Shown: positions 1-14,090, counted from the whole stretch's first letter. The stretch: DNA of 63,573 bases, filler included, from Rhabdomonas costata (GCA_019059605.1; 51 parts of 51 records of this genome joined end to end with filler, not necessarily neighbours in it), one strand, 5' to 3'. Notes: generated by a model not told the origin, from the sequence alone. Program-made: numbers and translations.

Positions 1-499
1 TGGGTTTGTTGGGGAGCCAGGCGCGGGAGTGAGTGCCGACCTCCTCGCATATCAATATTAGTGGAGACGGCGGCCCTCACACTGGTTGCACACGGGATGC
101 TGTGGCTTGGCCCAAAAGGCCATCATTGTTTTTTTAACATTTGCCATTTGTGTTGTACAATAAAACGGTAAGCGGTGAAGTGATGCTTCGATTGGAAGGA
201 AACGTGTTCATGGGAGAGCTTTGGTGCTTCGGTGCAATGTTATCGTCTGATTGTGAAGAGGAGCTGGCGCTAGAGTGGGGACGCGCGGCAGATTACGCGA
301 TGTGTGTGTGCGTGCTCTTCTTTCTTGGGGGGGGCGCTGTGACAGTCTCTCTTAATATTATGTTCCCCTCTTGTTTGCGTGCGTGAAGTCAGAGAATTTT
401 TGTTTATTGGAATGAAGTATTCGAAGCAAACGGCTGACAGCCTTTGAACTGATGTCAAAAGCTTTTTTCTCTCACCTGGTATCGCTGAGACTTTTTCAG

Positions 500-1149
500 A
501 GAACAGCTATGCGATTCTGGATTAGCAACCGGAAGGGGGGGCATGCACAGGTTCTGGATGAGGAAGACCCTCCCTTTGCCGTGCTTCGAGTGAAGGCCAA
601 CTTCCACCGCCTGAAGGACGTGGTCAACGCAATCCAGCATGGACTGGAGTGCCTGGACCGCGTGTGCGAGTGGGAGAACCCGCCACTCACTGCCGTGGTG
701 ACCATCGCCTACCTGTGGGCTGTGTACTACCCCTCCGCGATTCTCCCGGTGCTTTGTGCGGGGCTGCTGCTGAAGGTCCTGGTGGCCGCCGGGGCAATGC
801 TCAGCGCCCCCCCTCAGGTGAGCACATCTCTGCCAACCAACGGCTTCCCACCCTCGCTCAAGCCCCCCTCCCCCAACGCCAGGCCCGAGAGCGCTTTTCT
901 GGGATACTGTTTGCCAGGTTAGGAGGACTTCGTGACCCATTTGTGCGCCATCGTTTTCCCGCGATTTTTTATGCACTCTTCGCTCCAGTGCGTTTCCGCC
1001 CCACACGTCCCCTTTATTTCGCAGCTCTCCTGCCAACCTGATTTGAGTGTTTACGGGGACAGCTCTTCGGCGGAGGGATCAGCGAACCCCACGGGGTCCT
1101 CGGTGGTTGACCCCGAGGCTGAGGAAGGCCCCGAAGGACACCAAACCCC
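500..1149 (+). CDS. MCTP / PRT_C-domain membrane protein, partial (exons 500-817, 1025-1149)
   Basis: FAVLRVKANFHRLKDVV...DRVCEWENPPLTAVVTIAYLWAVYYPSAILPV matches the MCTP PRT_C pattern (KANF.R...W.NP.T...YP..ILP); in-frame GTGAG...CAG intron 818-1024. Confidence 0.75.
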
Positions 1150-1249
1150 NNNNNNNNNNNNNNNNNNNNNNNNNNNNNNNNNNNNNNNNNNNNTTAATTA
1201 ATTAANNNNNNNNNNNNNNNNNNNNNNNNNNNNNNNNNNNNNNNNNNNN
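1150..1249. other. Artificial contig-joining spacer N44-TTAATTAATTAA-N44 (first of 50; they recur every ~1,248-1,250 nt, last at 62329-62428)
   Basis: Identical 100-nt block with a palindromic six-frame stop linker between contigs of almost identical length (size-sorted assembly fragments). Confidence 0.99.
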
Positions 1250-2498
1250 GGTGTTGCTGCCACATATAATCAAGATAGGTGCGTGAAGTTAACGTCCTCT
1301 GAAGAGATGGGGTGGCGAAAACCCTCTTTGCTTCATCTACTCAGTAGTTCGATGGAAAAACACGAGGAGACCATGACAAATAACCTGCACAGACCGTAAC
1401 TGGGAGAATCTGCAGGTGGCTGTTCATGCCTGTGCTCGAGCGAGGCAAGCGGGTGATGTGGCGTGAAAGCATCCTCAAAAAAATAAACAGAAATCATCAA
1501 AGCAAAGAGAACAGAACTGGAAGAATGACTTCCGAGTAAAAAACAACTCGGTGTTTTACACGTGGAGCCAATCCAAAAAGAGAAACAACGGATATGCTGG
1601 GAGAAAAACCAAGGACGCCCACGTGTGGGGGCCAGAGAGAGCCCAAAGATTGATTTCCGCTGGAATGCACACTGGGGGGGGGTACTCTGCAACCGCCTTC
1701 GCCGTGAGATACGTGAGGTCTCAGAGCACCGATACGAAACGCGGGGAGGGAAGAAGGGTGGTCAGTCAAAGGTGAGGGCCTGCACAAACCACACAAAATT
1801 CATTGAAAGGACACAAAAAAGAGAACCCTCTGGCAGGAGGAGGCCAGAAAGGAAAGTAGAAGGGACGTAAACGCGGAGGTAACCAGCCGAGCTGAGTGGG
1901 ATTGGGTACGTGAGGTCGGATGCAAATTGATGAGAGTGCGCGGAAAGGGGGCCATCTCTGTGAGAGATACGTTGGCTATGAAGTAAGATTGAGCCAGTGC
2001 TCGTCTAACGGTGATGGTAAAAGGTTATGGCCCACCGTGGCGAACAACCGTCATCGCCGTTAGACGTTAGACGAAAGAGCGAAGACGACATTGGAGCTGG
2101 TCCGGAGGTTGCCCAAGTCCAAGATGGCAGAATGAAGAGGGGGGGGGTGCATGGTCCACAAAAAATGTCAGCCATGTCCTGTGGGAACGAAGGGCGTGCG
2201 TTAACACAGGAGCGAGACCGATGAGACCGATCGGTATCTGAGAAACATTTGTTCGCACACCTCGACAAGGGAGAGAGCTCATAAAAAACACGAAACACGG
2301 CACTTCCACAGAGGACACACACAAAAACGGCACAGTTCAAGGACGAAGGTGGTCACTCGCACCAGCGCTCTCGTATGGTGATACGTGTAACACCCAACNN
2401 NNNNNNNNNNNNNNNNNNNNNNNNNNNNNNNNNNNNNNNNNNTTAATTAATTAANNNNNNNNNNNNNNNNNNNNNNNNNNNNNNNNNNNNNNNNNNNN

Positions 2499-3489
2499 GG
2501 TTTGTGTGTGGACCCGACATCATTGTGGCGGCGGCGATTTAGGGGAAATGCACGGGCTTCCACTGCTAGAGTGGAAGATTCAGCCGAGCATTCCAGAGGG
2601 CAGAAGGGCTCCCCTGGCTCATCTTGGACGGCCGACAGCTCAGCGGGCTGCTGAGCCAGTGGCGCACAGCTGCCATGAAAAGTCAGCAGTCCAGCATTGC
2701 AACCCAAACTGCTACTCACTCTTTGCTGCAAAATCTTGTTCTCCAAGTATCGTCGGCGGTCGTTCAACTTCTGCAGCCGAAAGAACAGGAGTCGCTGATT
2801 CTCGCGTTCTTGATTGGCCTGCAAAAGAGCAAAAAGAAGGGAGGGGGACACAGACACCAATACACAGCAGGAAACCAACATTCGTAAACAAATGTCGCAC
2901 AAATAACGGCTGGTGGTACAAGCACAAAACGGAGATTTGCGGCGTGCTGGATGCCAGGCTGAAAAAGTTTACCTTCTTGCGCAGCAGGAGCGAACGAAAA
3001 GCTAAACCAGAGCAGGAAAAGCACTGCCAACACAAAAAAATATTGCAGGGGATTCGCCATTAGACTGTCTTTTCTTTTAAAAAAAAGTGCAAGCAATCAA
3101 GAAGCGAGATGTGGGGGAAGAGGTCCGAGGGTCCGTTGGTCGAGAGAACTACTGTTGTAAAATGCATGAAGTTGCTTGAGGATAATGGGTGCAGGGGCGG
3201 GACACGAAACCTCAATGTCACTTTTTCTCTGCCCCTCGGCCCTGTCGAGGCTCTTCCGAAGGCTGAGCGCCCGCTGCAGGGCGTTCTTGCGCCTCTCCGT
3301 TAGTACGGCTTCCCTCCGCTTCTGCTTCTCTGCGCACCGAGCAGAATGCTCGGCAAGACGGCAGCTGAGCTGCTGTGCGGACTGTTCCCGCTGAGCTTCC
3401 TCCGCTCGTTGGTGCATCTCGGAGATCCTGGCCACAGTGCTGGTGAGCGAGACCCCCGCCGCCTTTCGGGAGTGAAGCTGACCTGCCAT
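2499..3489 (-). CDS. Hypothetical coiled-coil protein, three exon fragments
   Basis: E/Q/R-rich exons (ARISEMHQRAEEAQREQ...; ANQERENQRLLFFRLQKLNDRRRYLENK) flanked by GT donors and pyrimidine-AG acceptors. Confidence 0.45.
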
Positions 3490-3747
3490 TTTCAGGCCAC
3501 AGGAAACCTCAGTCGCCCCACCCATGTCCCTCCTTCGCATTGCAAGGGGCACCGGAAAATGACCACACAAAACAACACAATGCTATCAGAGGTGCAGACA
3601 GTCGTGCCATTTCCTCCATCCCACTCCTTCACATCCACCCAACACCCNNNNNNNNNNNNNNNNNNNNNNNNNNNNNNNNNNNNNNNNNNNNTTAATTAAT
3701 TAANNNNNNNNNNNNNNNNNNNNNNNNNNNNNNNNNNNNNNNNNNNN

Positions 3748-4116
3748 TTCCGGGTTCCCCTGATGCGGCAGGACCCGATGTACGGCAGGTACGCCAGGGT
3801 GGACCGCGTCCGGACACGGGGGGACGAAGAGAGTGAGGACGACTACCTCCACCACCCGGGGTACCGCTACCGCCGCCAGCTTGCCGAGCAGCAAGCCGCC
3901 GCGTCGGCGGGCTCGGAGGGCGCCGTGGCTCGGGAGACCTCTTCCGCGCCCCCGAATACGCTTCCTCCGAAGGCTTCCTCTCCGATGACCACCTCAGCGT
4001 CCTCTTCTCCCTCTCCCCCTTCTCCGCCTCCGCCTCCTCCCTCTCCCGCTGCCCTCGCATCGTCCAGCGCGCCTGACAGCGCCCCTGCGGGGGTGATGTA
4101 CACGATGAGGGCGTGA
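3748..4116 (+). CDS. Terminal exon of a hypothetical protein (S/P-rich tail)
   Basis: GC-rich coding-like ORF (MRQDPMYGRYARVDR...DDYLHHPGYRYRRQ) ending TGA, followed by UTR-like sequence. Confidence 0.45.
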   Translation, partial: FRVPLMRQDPMYGRYARVDRVRTRGDEESEDDYLHHPGYRYRRQLAEQQAAASAGSEGAVARETSSAPPNTLPPKASSPMTTSASSSPSPPSPPPPPPSPAALASSSAPDSAPAGVMYTMRA

Positions 4117-5688
4117 GGGAACTTTGAGGGAGGAGCAGAAGGGTGCTGCGACGTCCGGACAAAAGTGCCGGTGTGCTAGTGGACAAGAGAGGCCTCTTCC
4201 GCACTGTTGTAGGCGAAATCTTCCGCTGCTGCTTGCTCAGCATATGTGGAGAGGTTTTGTTTGTGCCTTGACAAGACCGGTGGGCCTATTTTAAGTGGGT
4301 CCTCCGCATCACCATCCGTTCCTACTCATCTCATGAGTTGCTGCACCCCTTGTGCCGCCTGCGGTTGTGCTTCTTGCCTCGTACGAGTGACCTAAAGTGC
4401 GCCGCCCCCTGCACAGCGATTATTTTCCTGCACATGGACACCTTTGCTTCTTTGCGGTGATCAGGTCTGCTCCCGTACGAGTTTGTCGTCATTCGTCTCT
4501 TCGGGCAAGTTAACTGCCGTCTCAAAGTATTATGTATTTGCGGGATGAATGAGGGATCAGAGGCAGAACGCTGCAATACACTAAAAAGATGCTTTTCTAG
4601 GCACCAGCTCAGCAGCTCACAACGCGCTGGATTCCTGGATCCTCACACACTTCACCGTGTGTCGTGTGTTGTCGCATTGGATTGTAATGCTTCTGCGTGA
4701 TACACTCAGACGTACGAGCACACGCTGTCCACAATTTCTAATTTAGCCAACGGAAGGTGATGTCCCATTATGATAACACTAAACTGATGCAATTCCGGAA
4801 GTTGAGGTAATGGCTTTATTGACTTTACCAATGGAACACCCTCCCAGAAGCACCTTGAGAAGTGATGTGTCCGCACTTAATGCAGCCCACCCAACCNNNN
4901 NNNNNNNNNNNNNNNNNNNNNNNNNNNNNNNNNNNNNNNNTTAATTAATTAANNNNNNNNNNNNNNNNNNNNNNNNNNNNNNNNNNNNNNNNNNNNCTTT
5001 GGTCCATTTTGTTGAGATGGGTGATGGGTAAATTTCATGGGGGTTTTGCGAAATCATCTCTTATTATTGGCCCATTTATCTGTGTGATTTCGGACTGGAC
5101 ACTTCGGTTTATAGGTATTACTGGTTTGTGAAGTGTCTTCATCAGCGATCATCAAAGTTGGAGGGAATTTTTACGGATATTCTGAGGTTCTGAATAGTAT
5201 CAGCCCGAGTGTTGGTGTACGCCAAAACTCTACTTATATGTACAGATTTTCGTCGATATTTTGCAGCCTACCCGTTACCTTGTGTCTACCACTCATTGTC
5301 ACGGACTGATATATAGTCCAGGTGGATTCAAGGGGATTTGGGAGAAAGGTTTCCCTGCCATTAGGTTTCCATGGCAGCTGGGTAAACTGCCCGGAGTACG
5401 TTTTGTCCAATTATATCTGGGTCTTAGGTCACGAGTTACGTTGGTCCCCTGTGAAGCCTTATTGCTGACCTTTTCGCTTCACTTTCGACAGTCCTTTGAC
5501 CGTAATGTGGCGACGAATCCAAAAACACAAGAAACCACGATTCCGATTCAGCCTCTCGTCTCCGTCAGTTCCCTCTTCCTGTCATGCTTCTTCGACCTGC
5601 ACGTCTACACGCGCTCTCAAAACCTTTCCGGCACTCTGTCATTGTGGCACGTTTCCGGCAGCGCGTAGAGAACACTCAATTTTGTTTT

Positions 5689-5980
5689 GGGCCTCTGGCT
5701 ATGAGACGAGTGTGCATTCCTGCCTTTCTTCCTGGCGAAACAGACGTTTGCGAAGCAAACATGTTTCGCCACTTTCACCTTGCCTCACCTTACAGATCAC
5801 ATTACAAACTGTCATTTGTGTTCCGGAACCCTCTCCCACCCAACCCCACAAAGACGTTTCTGCGGACTATATACTAGCCGCCACGGCACCACATTGTGCT
5901 GTACCATGACCCGGCCTCCGGGCCTCTGGTTATGAGACGAGTGTGCATTCCTTCTTTCCTTCCTTCCAGGAGAAAACTGT
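5689..5980. repeat. Diverged ~55-bp direct repeat, copies at 5689 and 5920
   Basis: GGGCCTCTGG(C/T)TATGAGACGAGTGTGCATTCCT occurs twice, 231 nt apart. Confidence 0.85.
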
Positions 5981-6349
5981 ACATTTCTGTACAGACCTCT
6001 ACCAAGGGCCAGCCAACCGATGAGGTCAGCCGAGGCAGACATACTGAATTCATTGTCCCCAAACTATCTGGATCGAACTTGAAGCTCACGCGAAGTGTTT
6101 GAACCTTGGTCTCGGATGCCGTCCGGCATTTAACAGCGGCTTCGANNNNNNNNNNNNNNNNNNNNNNNNNNNNNNNNNNNNNNNNNNNNTTAATTAATTA
6201 ANNNNNNNNNNNNNNNNNNNNNNNNNNNNNNNNNNNNNNNNNNNNTGTTTTGGGTACTCTAACTTGTGATGGGAATGATTGTGGTGGGGGGAAGGAAACG
6301 GAAGTTTCGGAAGGAAATCCGTATTTTGCTATGGGCCTGGCTTTCCCAG

Positions 6350-7211
6350 GATGGCATGGAGGAGGAAGAAGAGGAGGCGCCGGAGGGCGAGGGGGAGGCC
6401 GAGGCCCAAGCTGAGCCTGGTTAGTGTTCCGCGTACCCTGCTCCTCCACCACCCTCTTACTGCTGCGGCGGCAATGGAGGCCTCAGCGCCGGTTCGGCGG
6501 AATATGTAACACGTCATAGGCAAGCCCAGAGACCCAAGGACGTCGCGCACCGGTATGGATTGGCTTTTGCTTGCGTGTGCATACCTCGCCAACCTGCGGA
6601 GGTTTTGGAGGTTACAAAAGCACAGAAGACAAGAAGACAGCGGAAGATGAAAAGATTGGTAGACCGGCCTTGCGTCACCCAGCTCGCGGGTTACAGCAGC
6701 TGTCCACCACCTTCCGGTTCGTGTTGTTATTTGACCACCTGTGGATTTTTTCAGGTCTATCTGCGGAACCAGATGAGCCCGTTGACGGTGTGACTTGGTG
6801 CCTCGCGAAATACTACATTCACACAACTCAACTTGCACACCCACACGCTCACCCACACCTACAGTCGAGCATAAACCGAGATTGGGAGATGAGAGTCTTG
6901 CCACAATTGAGGAAGAACGCGGCTCCCCTTTCTCAAATTTCTCATTTTAGTAGGGTGCTTTCCCCTCTGATTCTGTTGTTGTGTTTTTTATCGACATTTC
7001 TCAGTCGGCCAGTCGCCCCAGGGAAGGACGGGGAAGGGGAGGGAGAGGGAGGGGATGTTTCCCACTTCACTCAGGCGACCCCAGCAAGGCGGACATTAAC
7101 CTTCGGCTCAGACTTGCCCTAGTCCCGTTGCCCCGTGCGGCGCCCACGGCAGCCTCTCCGGACGCCTCCCCAAAGGCGGCGGACAGCCCGGCGGCGGGGG
7201 AGAACCCCGAG
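6350..7211 (+). CDS. Hypothetical acidic/low-complexity protein, three small exons
   Basis: DGMEEEEEEAPEGEGEAEAQAEP | GLSAEPDEPVD | GDPSKADINLRLRLALVP... joined in frame by GT-AG introns. Confidence 0.45.
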
Positions 7212-7973
7212 GTGTGAATGCTAATCTGCTCTCCGCGCTGACCCGAATGTCTCCCTCTCTTTCTACCTTCTTCCACCCAAGCACATTCGAGAACACCTCT
7301 TGTCTGGCTCGTTCCCCAAAACCGAGCTTATAGGGCTTTCACATGTTCTGGATGATGGGGATCCGAGTATGGTTCGACCCCTGCACCCCCACAANNNNNN
7401 NNNNNNNNNNNNNNNNNNNNNNNNNNNNNNNNNNNNNNTTAATTAATTAANNNNNNNNNNNNNNNNNNNNNNNNNNNNNNNNNNNNNNNNNNNNTCCGCC
7501 CTTGATGGGGAGGCCGCTGTGGAGGCCCCTGCGATGGGAGGCTTCCCCAAACCCACGCTCTCACTGGTTGTGTCCGCCCTGGAGACCGCCGTCACAGGTC
7601 CGTTGTCCTTCCTGTTGGGCTGTTGGGAGGGGTCCTCAGATGGAATTTCTGCGGCGTTTCTTTTTTTGGGGGGGCGTACGTTCTCTTCTCCTCGTTAATG
7701 GCCTCGCTCATTGCGAAAAGATGGGGAATGATTCTCGAAGTGATAGTGAGGACTGCAATGCTTGAGACGTTGCCATGGAGGAGCTTGCAGGTGAGTCTGG
7801 ATATTCTGCGCAGGCACTTCAAAATTCAAAGAATAACTCGCGCCTGTTGGCACTTGAATCCCCCTCAAGAGGAACGCCCCCTCTCCCTTCCTTTTTGTTG
7901 AAACGTTTATTCCTCGAAATCCCCACCATTGTTCTCTGTCTGTCTCTGTATCTTTCTCTCTGTGCTTCATCAG

Positions 7974-8509
7974 GCCGGGTCTTGTCTGAGGATGACGCCG
8001 ACGAGGACATGCTGGAGGGCTACCTCAGCACTCCCCGGGCCCGGGCCTTTGAGGAGCTGGGAAAAGTGATCGCCCTGGAGCTGGTGGAGTGCCCCGGTCT
8101 GCCTGTGCGGCCCCTTCTGCGGGAGCTTGCCCGGAGGCTCGCCATGGTTCCGTGCCATGACCCGCTCCCTCCCCCTCCATTCCCCTTCATCACCATCTTT
8201 TTTGTCTTCTTTTTCTGCTGCTGCTGCTCCAGCCCCTGTCCTGAGCCATTTTACTCCGGCGTTTCAGACAGTCATCTGACACAACATCCAAGATGAGGTT
8301 TAGCCTCCAGTCTCGGTCAATCCGCTCCCACCTTTTTCCCGCTCTCTCAGTTTTTCTGGTGTTGCCTGAGTGTTTTGGTGGTGATTGTGTCTTATCGCCT
8401 TCAGAATACGATGCAGAGAGCACAGGACCAAGGCGGGTTCAAGCGGGCCGAGGTGCTGCTCCGAAGGAAGGAGAAGCAGGCTCAGATGGAGGCCCGAATC
8501 CTTGCCCAG
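7974..8509 (+). CDS. Hypothetical protein, exon fragments
   Basis: GRVLSEDDADEDMLEGYLSTPRARAFEELGK...RRLAM | NTMQRAQDQGGFKRAEVLLRRKEKQ with GT-AG borders and GC3-rich codons. Confidence 0.45.
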
Positions 8510-9027
8510 GTGTGGATGCCCCTCTCACATGTCCGTGCCTTTAAAAATGCCCAGTAGCAACCATCATTTTACGCATTCCTTCTTTCAGATCGTCTTGTGC
8601 CCCCCCCCGTTGCACAATCGCTTTAAAAACGGTAACACCAACANNNNNNNNNNNNNNNNNNNNNNNNNNNNNNNNNNNNNNNNNNNNTTAATTAATTAAN
8701 NNNNNNNNNNNNNNNNNNNNNNNNNNNNNNNNNNNNNNNNNNNGGGTTGGGTGTACCTAATGCCGCCTCTATCGCAGAAGAAGAAAGGCCTGCAGAGGCT
8801 GCCGAGGACGCAGCAGAGCCCGATGGCGAGCCCGACGGTGAAGTAAATGTAAAAGATAGGTCCGTTTGCGTGATGTGGGGATGGTGACTGGGTTGGGTTT
8901 CTTCTGCTTTTCCTGCAAGCAGGTTGCTTTTCTTGCGCAGAAGCGTTGTACACAGTCGTCATCGTTGTACTAAGCGCTGAGCTGCAAATCCTGAATTGGC
9001 TGGATCTTTTTTCCGTTGTTGTCTTAG

Positions 9028-9892
9028 CCGTCGCGCGGCAGCTCGCAAGAAGGCTATGATTGAAATTGACCCCGTGCGGGAGCGGGCTCTTGTGGAGCAC
9101 ATTGTGGGATTCATGGCGGATCCCGCGGTGAACCCGTGCCAAGGCAGTCTGCCGGTGGAACGCGTGCAGAACTTTGCTCAGACCACCCACCCGGAGCTGT
9201 ACGGCGCCGCCGTGGGACACGCCCATAACGGCTGGAAGCGCTTCCTAGCGGGAACCCTTCGGACTTTGTCTTGTTCACCGTGGAGCGTAGCAAGTGCCGG
9301 GTTTGTGGGGGGGGGGGCGGATCTGAGTTGTATGCCAGCAAACGGAGCTTTTGGGAACGAAACTTGTGCATGTCTTGTGCGGGGAGCACGGCGGATCTTT
9401 TTTTAGGCCTTTTTGACCCTCGGCTCTGTGCACATAGAAATTCATGTTCTCGTAGCAACCATCAAAATGTGTATGTATGTGAGTTGTGCATTAATTCTGT
9501 GACATCAGCTCCGAAAACCAAACCTCAAATTTGGTCCTATTTATGGGTAAAACGAAAGAGAATGCGCGCATTGGACACTTCGGGAATAAAAGCGTACATG
9601 CTCTTCTCGAGAAAGTGAACAGCTGTATAGTGGGGAGGGCTCACTCTGAATTTCGCTTGGTGCCTTGGCTCAGGTGAGGTTGCCGACTCACACCAACTGG
9701 CAGGACGCGGACAAAATGGAGCAGCAGCAGAGGAGCACCGCGGACACCCACGTCCTGGCTTGCCTAACCCACTTTCTTGCCGGCCGCCGCAAATGCGTCC
9801 TGGACGACTTCATCACGGCCTACCCTGAACTTCCGGAGAACCGCGGCTCCTCCGCGGATAGCTCTCCGGACCCGCCGCCACCCCCCCACACC
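9028..9892 (+). CDS. Hypothetical protein (exons ~9028-9300, 9674-9892)
   Basis: Coding-like exons IEIDPVRERALVEHIVGFMAD...GWKRFLA and VRLPTHTNWQDAD...LDDFITAYPELP; the exon 1 donor is ambiguous. Confidence 0.5.
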
Positions 9893-10259
9893 NNNNNNNN
9901 NNNNNNNNNNNNNNNNNNNNNNNNNNNNNNNNNNNNTTAATTAATTAANNNNNNNNNNNNNNNNNNNNNNNNNNNNNNNNNNNNNNNNNNNNGTGTGGGG
10001 GGGCGGTCGCGTTTTGCTTTGGTTCATGTTGCTCTTTGCCTCTTTCTTCCGCAGACACCATGAGCATGCCTCATTTCTGCGCTGGCTCCGCTGTAATTGT
10101 AAGATAGCAAGTGAGACAGAAGAGGAAGATTGTGAGGGTGGGGAGGGGTCCGTCTCCCCTCCCCTTCTCCTCCGCTGCCATCCCTTGTGTTTCGAAGTGA
10201 GAAAGAGAGAGTGAAGTGTGAGAGAGTGACGCGCACGAGTGGGTGGGTGGCGGTGGCTC

Positions 10260-10930
10260 ATGCTGGGGCTTGCGCGTGAGCTTGAAGCCACCCCGGCCAT
10301 GCTCCCGCCTATGCCGATGTCGAGCTCCAGTCTCTCCGCTGGAGACAGCTCCGACTCTGGCTCGGGATCCCCTCTGCTCAACCGAGAAGGTGGAGAATTG
10401 TCCCACACACATACACGTTTGGAAAAAGGCTGTATTCCTTCGGGAATGTGTGACCGTTGATATTCCCCACAGTGGTTCGGTGGACCCCAGGTTTGTGTTT
10501 GCCCACAGCCTGCCTGCACAGTCGCAGAAAGCTCTGTGTATGACTGGAACCTTCCATTCTTTGCAGTGAATTCGGCTCATGGCTGATGTCTCTCCTCTTT
10601 AAACAGTGTTCGCCCAGCAATTCTCTTTTTTTGTGATTTTTCTTCAGATCCCCCGCCCTACCAAGCCGTCAGCCCCAGGCAGATCCTGGCGTTTATCCTG
10701 TGCATCGCTGCCGCATTCGCTCTGGAGCAAGCCACTTTCGTGGCGTCCTACGCGAAGTCCCTTGAGCGAGAGGACGGTGCTTGTTTTCGCGCTTTCCAAT
10801 TCAATTCACATCGCATGGCCCCCTTCCCCTCTCTGCAGATAGTGAGGCATCCCCTGCGCATGTCTCCGATGCCCACGGAGAAGATTCACATCGGGGGTGG
10901 CCTACCATATTTTGTAGCTCGCTGAAAAAA
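10260..10930 (+). CDS. Hypothetical single-TM protein, N-terminal exons
   Basis: Exon 10648-10776 encodes hydrophobic RQILAFILCIAAAFAL; flanking phase-1 GT-AG introns keep the frame. Confidence 0.35.
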
Positions 10931-11327
10931 GTTTCAAAGGTTGCAGAAATGCACGGAAATGCGCGGAAATCCGTTCTCCCACCCCCGTTTGATTAAGATG
11001 AAATCAAGAGCGTGCGAACTTGAACAAAAATGCAAAGATATGAGTAGAAGTTGGTCACCTTACCGAAGACTGCGAAAACCTGCTAAGAGCTTTTGTCACC
11101 TCCACTCACGTGGTTTTGAGATGTTTGCTCTCCAACCAACANNNNNNNNNNNNNNNNNNNNNNNNNNNNNNNNNNNNNNNNNNNNTTAATTAATTAANNN
11201 NNNNNNNNNNNNNNNNNNNNNNNNNNNNNNNNNNNNNNNNNGGTTGGTGGGTCTGACAAAGTTTCCACGATACCGTGCCAATTCGGAGGCAATGAGTTCC
11301 TGGGCAGTTTTCCTCTCTCATTCTCAG

Positions 11328-12390
<1,063 letters not shown>

Positions 12391-14090
12391 NNNNNNNNNN
12401 NNNNNNNNNNNNNNNNNNNNNNNNNNNNNNNNNNTTAATTAATTAANNNNNNNNNNNNNNNNNNNNNNNNNNNNNNNNNNNNNNNNNNNNGTGGGTTACT
12501 GGTTACCAATGTGTGGGTCCGATACCATGCAAGGGATTGCCGTAGCGTTACCCTTCTACCATGGTCATCACCATCACCATTGGCCTCAAGCAGCAGGATG
12601 TCACGCATAGCATCATCACCTCAGCCCTTAACCCTGTAGTGGTACAGGAACTCTACGACAGAGTGTGTCCATGGGGTGGGTTCAGCGTACTTACGCTGAC
12701 AACTGGTGCTTGAGACGGTCATACTCTGCAGCATCGATCCTACCACCAACATCAACCTACGCTACTCTGATGTGTGTGTGTGTGTGTGTGTGTGTTACCT
12801 CGAAGGATAGCAGCATCACCACCATAGCGTAGGGTGAGTGTGTAGATCTAGCGCATAGACCACTACCACCATCGCCACTACTACTGTACGTGGGTTCATC
12901 AACTTGGTTATACCTATGCATATACGCATGGTTGTACCATAGAGTTGACTCCTGCACTCAGCCTCATGCGAGACAGTGATAGGACGCCAGACTCCCTGGG
13001 GCTCACAGGCATTGCCACTCATCATGGTTACCCAGCAAGCTCACCCCAGGCACCAACATCGAGCTCAGTCACATGGCGTGAGTGTACTAGGTGCAGATAT
13101 ACGCATGGTGACGCATACCCGTACTGTTCGACCGTTACCCATGCACGTCACCTCATGTGGGGCTGGTGTACGTCATAGCCTAGCATCCATCACTAGGTCT
13201 TTCTTCAGAGGGACCACCCCCTGGAACAGCGCTGTGCCACTCAAGGTAAGATACACACGTATATCCCAGGCGAACCTGACTCCATCTCACCCATCAGCGC
13301 GGTCACCTCAACTTCGCATGCGGAACCTCTTCTACGCATGGTACTGGGGCCTGAGCTGTGCTTCGATGTATTCGTGCAGACGAAGATGAGGAAAGTCCTT
13401 TCTACGACTACCGACCTTGTCCTGGATCCGCAGACCCTTACCTAGCTACCATCCATAACCTTTTCAGCTGTAAACCGCCCTCCGAAGAGAGAAGAAGGAA
13501 CCCGAACCCGAAGACCCAAACCCAACGCAAAGACGCGACTCCTGACACCCTCGACTCGGGAACACTAAGCACTCATGAAGCCGTAGAGACACGAACTCAG
13601 AACCCGAAAGCAGAAACCGAAACCCGAACCCCGAACCCAGNNNNNNNNNNNNNNNNNNNNNNNNNNNNNNNNNNNNNNNNNNNNTTAATTAATTAANNNN
13701 NNNNNNNNNNNNNNNNNNNNNNNNNNNNNNNNNNNNNNNNGTATCGAAAAGAAAAAAACGCAGCTGCGAGAAACAACAACTTGCATAGGTTGGTCGCCCC
13801 TCGGTGTTGCCTCGGTGTTCAAAAGTATTGGATGTCTACTACGAGTCGCGAAAACGCTGCGAAATTAAATGACAATTCCTGGCTGCATGTCCATAGCTAG
13901 TTCTGGAAGGTGGTGGCAATCCAACGCATAAATTACGAAGTGACTTTCACTTCGGAAGCACGTCACAAGGTTATGCCGTCTTGGGTTTTCCAGAAAGTAG
14001 GAGCCCATCTTTATCTTTCGGGATACCTCTGTCAACGCCATCATGTTCATGTCGTGACTAGTGTCTGACGCAATTCTTCCCTTTCTTTAG

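Noticed and set aside
6017-6072. Possible box C/D snoRNA (CGATGA...CTGA)
   Set aside because: Imperfect boxes, no terminal stem or recognisable guide; the region also reads as an exon
6481-6677. Short CAG/CTG-type pairings in other introns (6481-6677, 9340-9518, 47844-47901)
   Set aside because: Stems of 10 bp or less with a broken register or wrong junction bases; expected by chance
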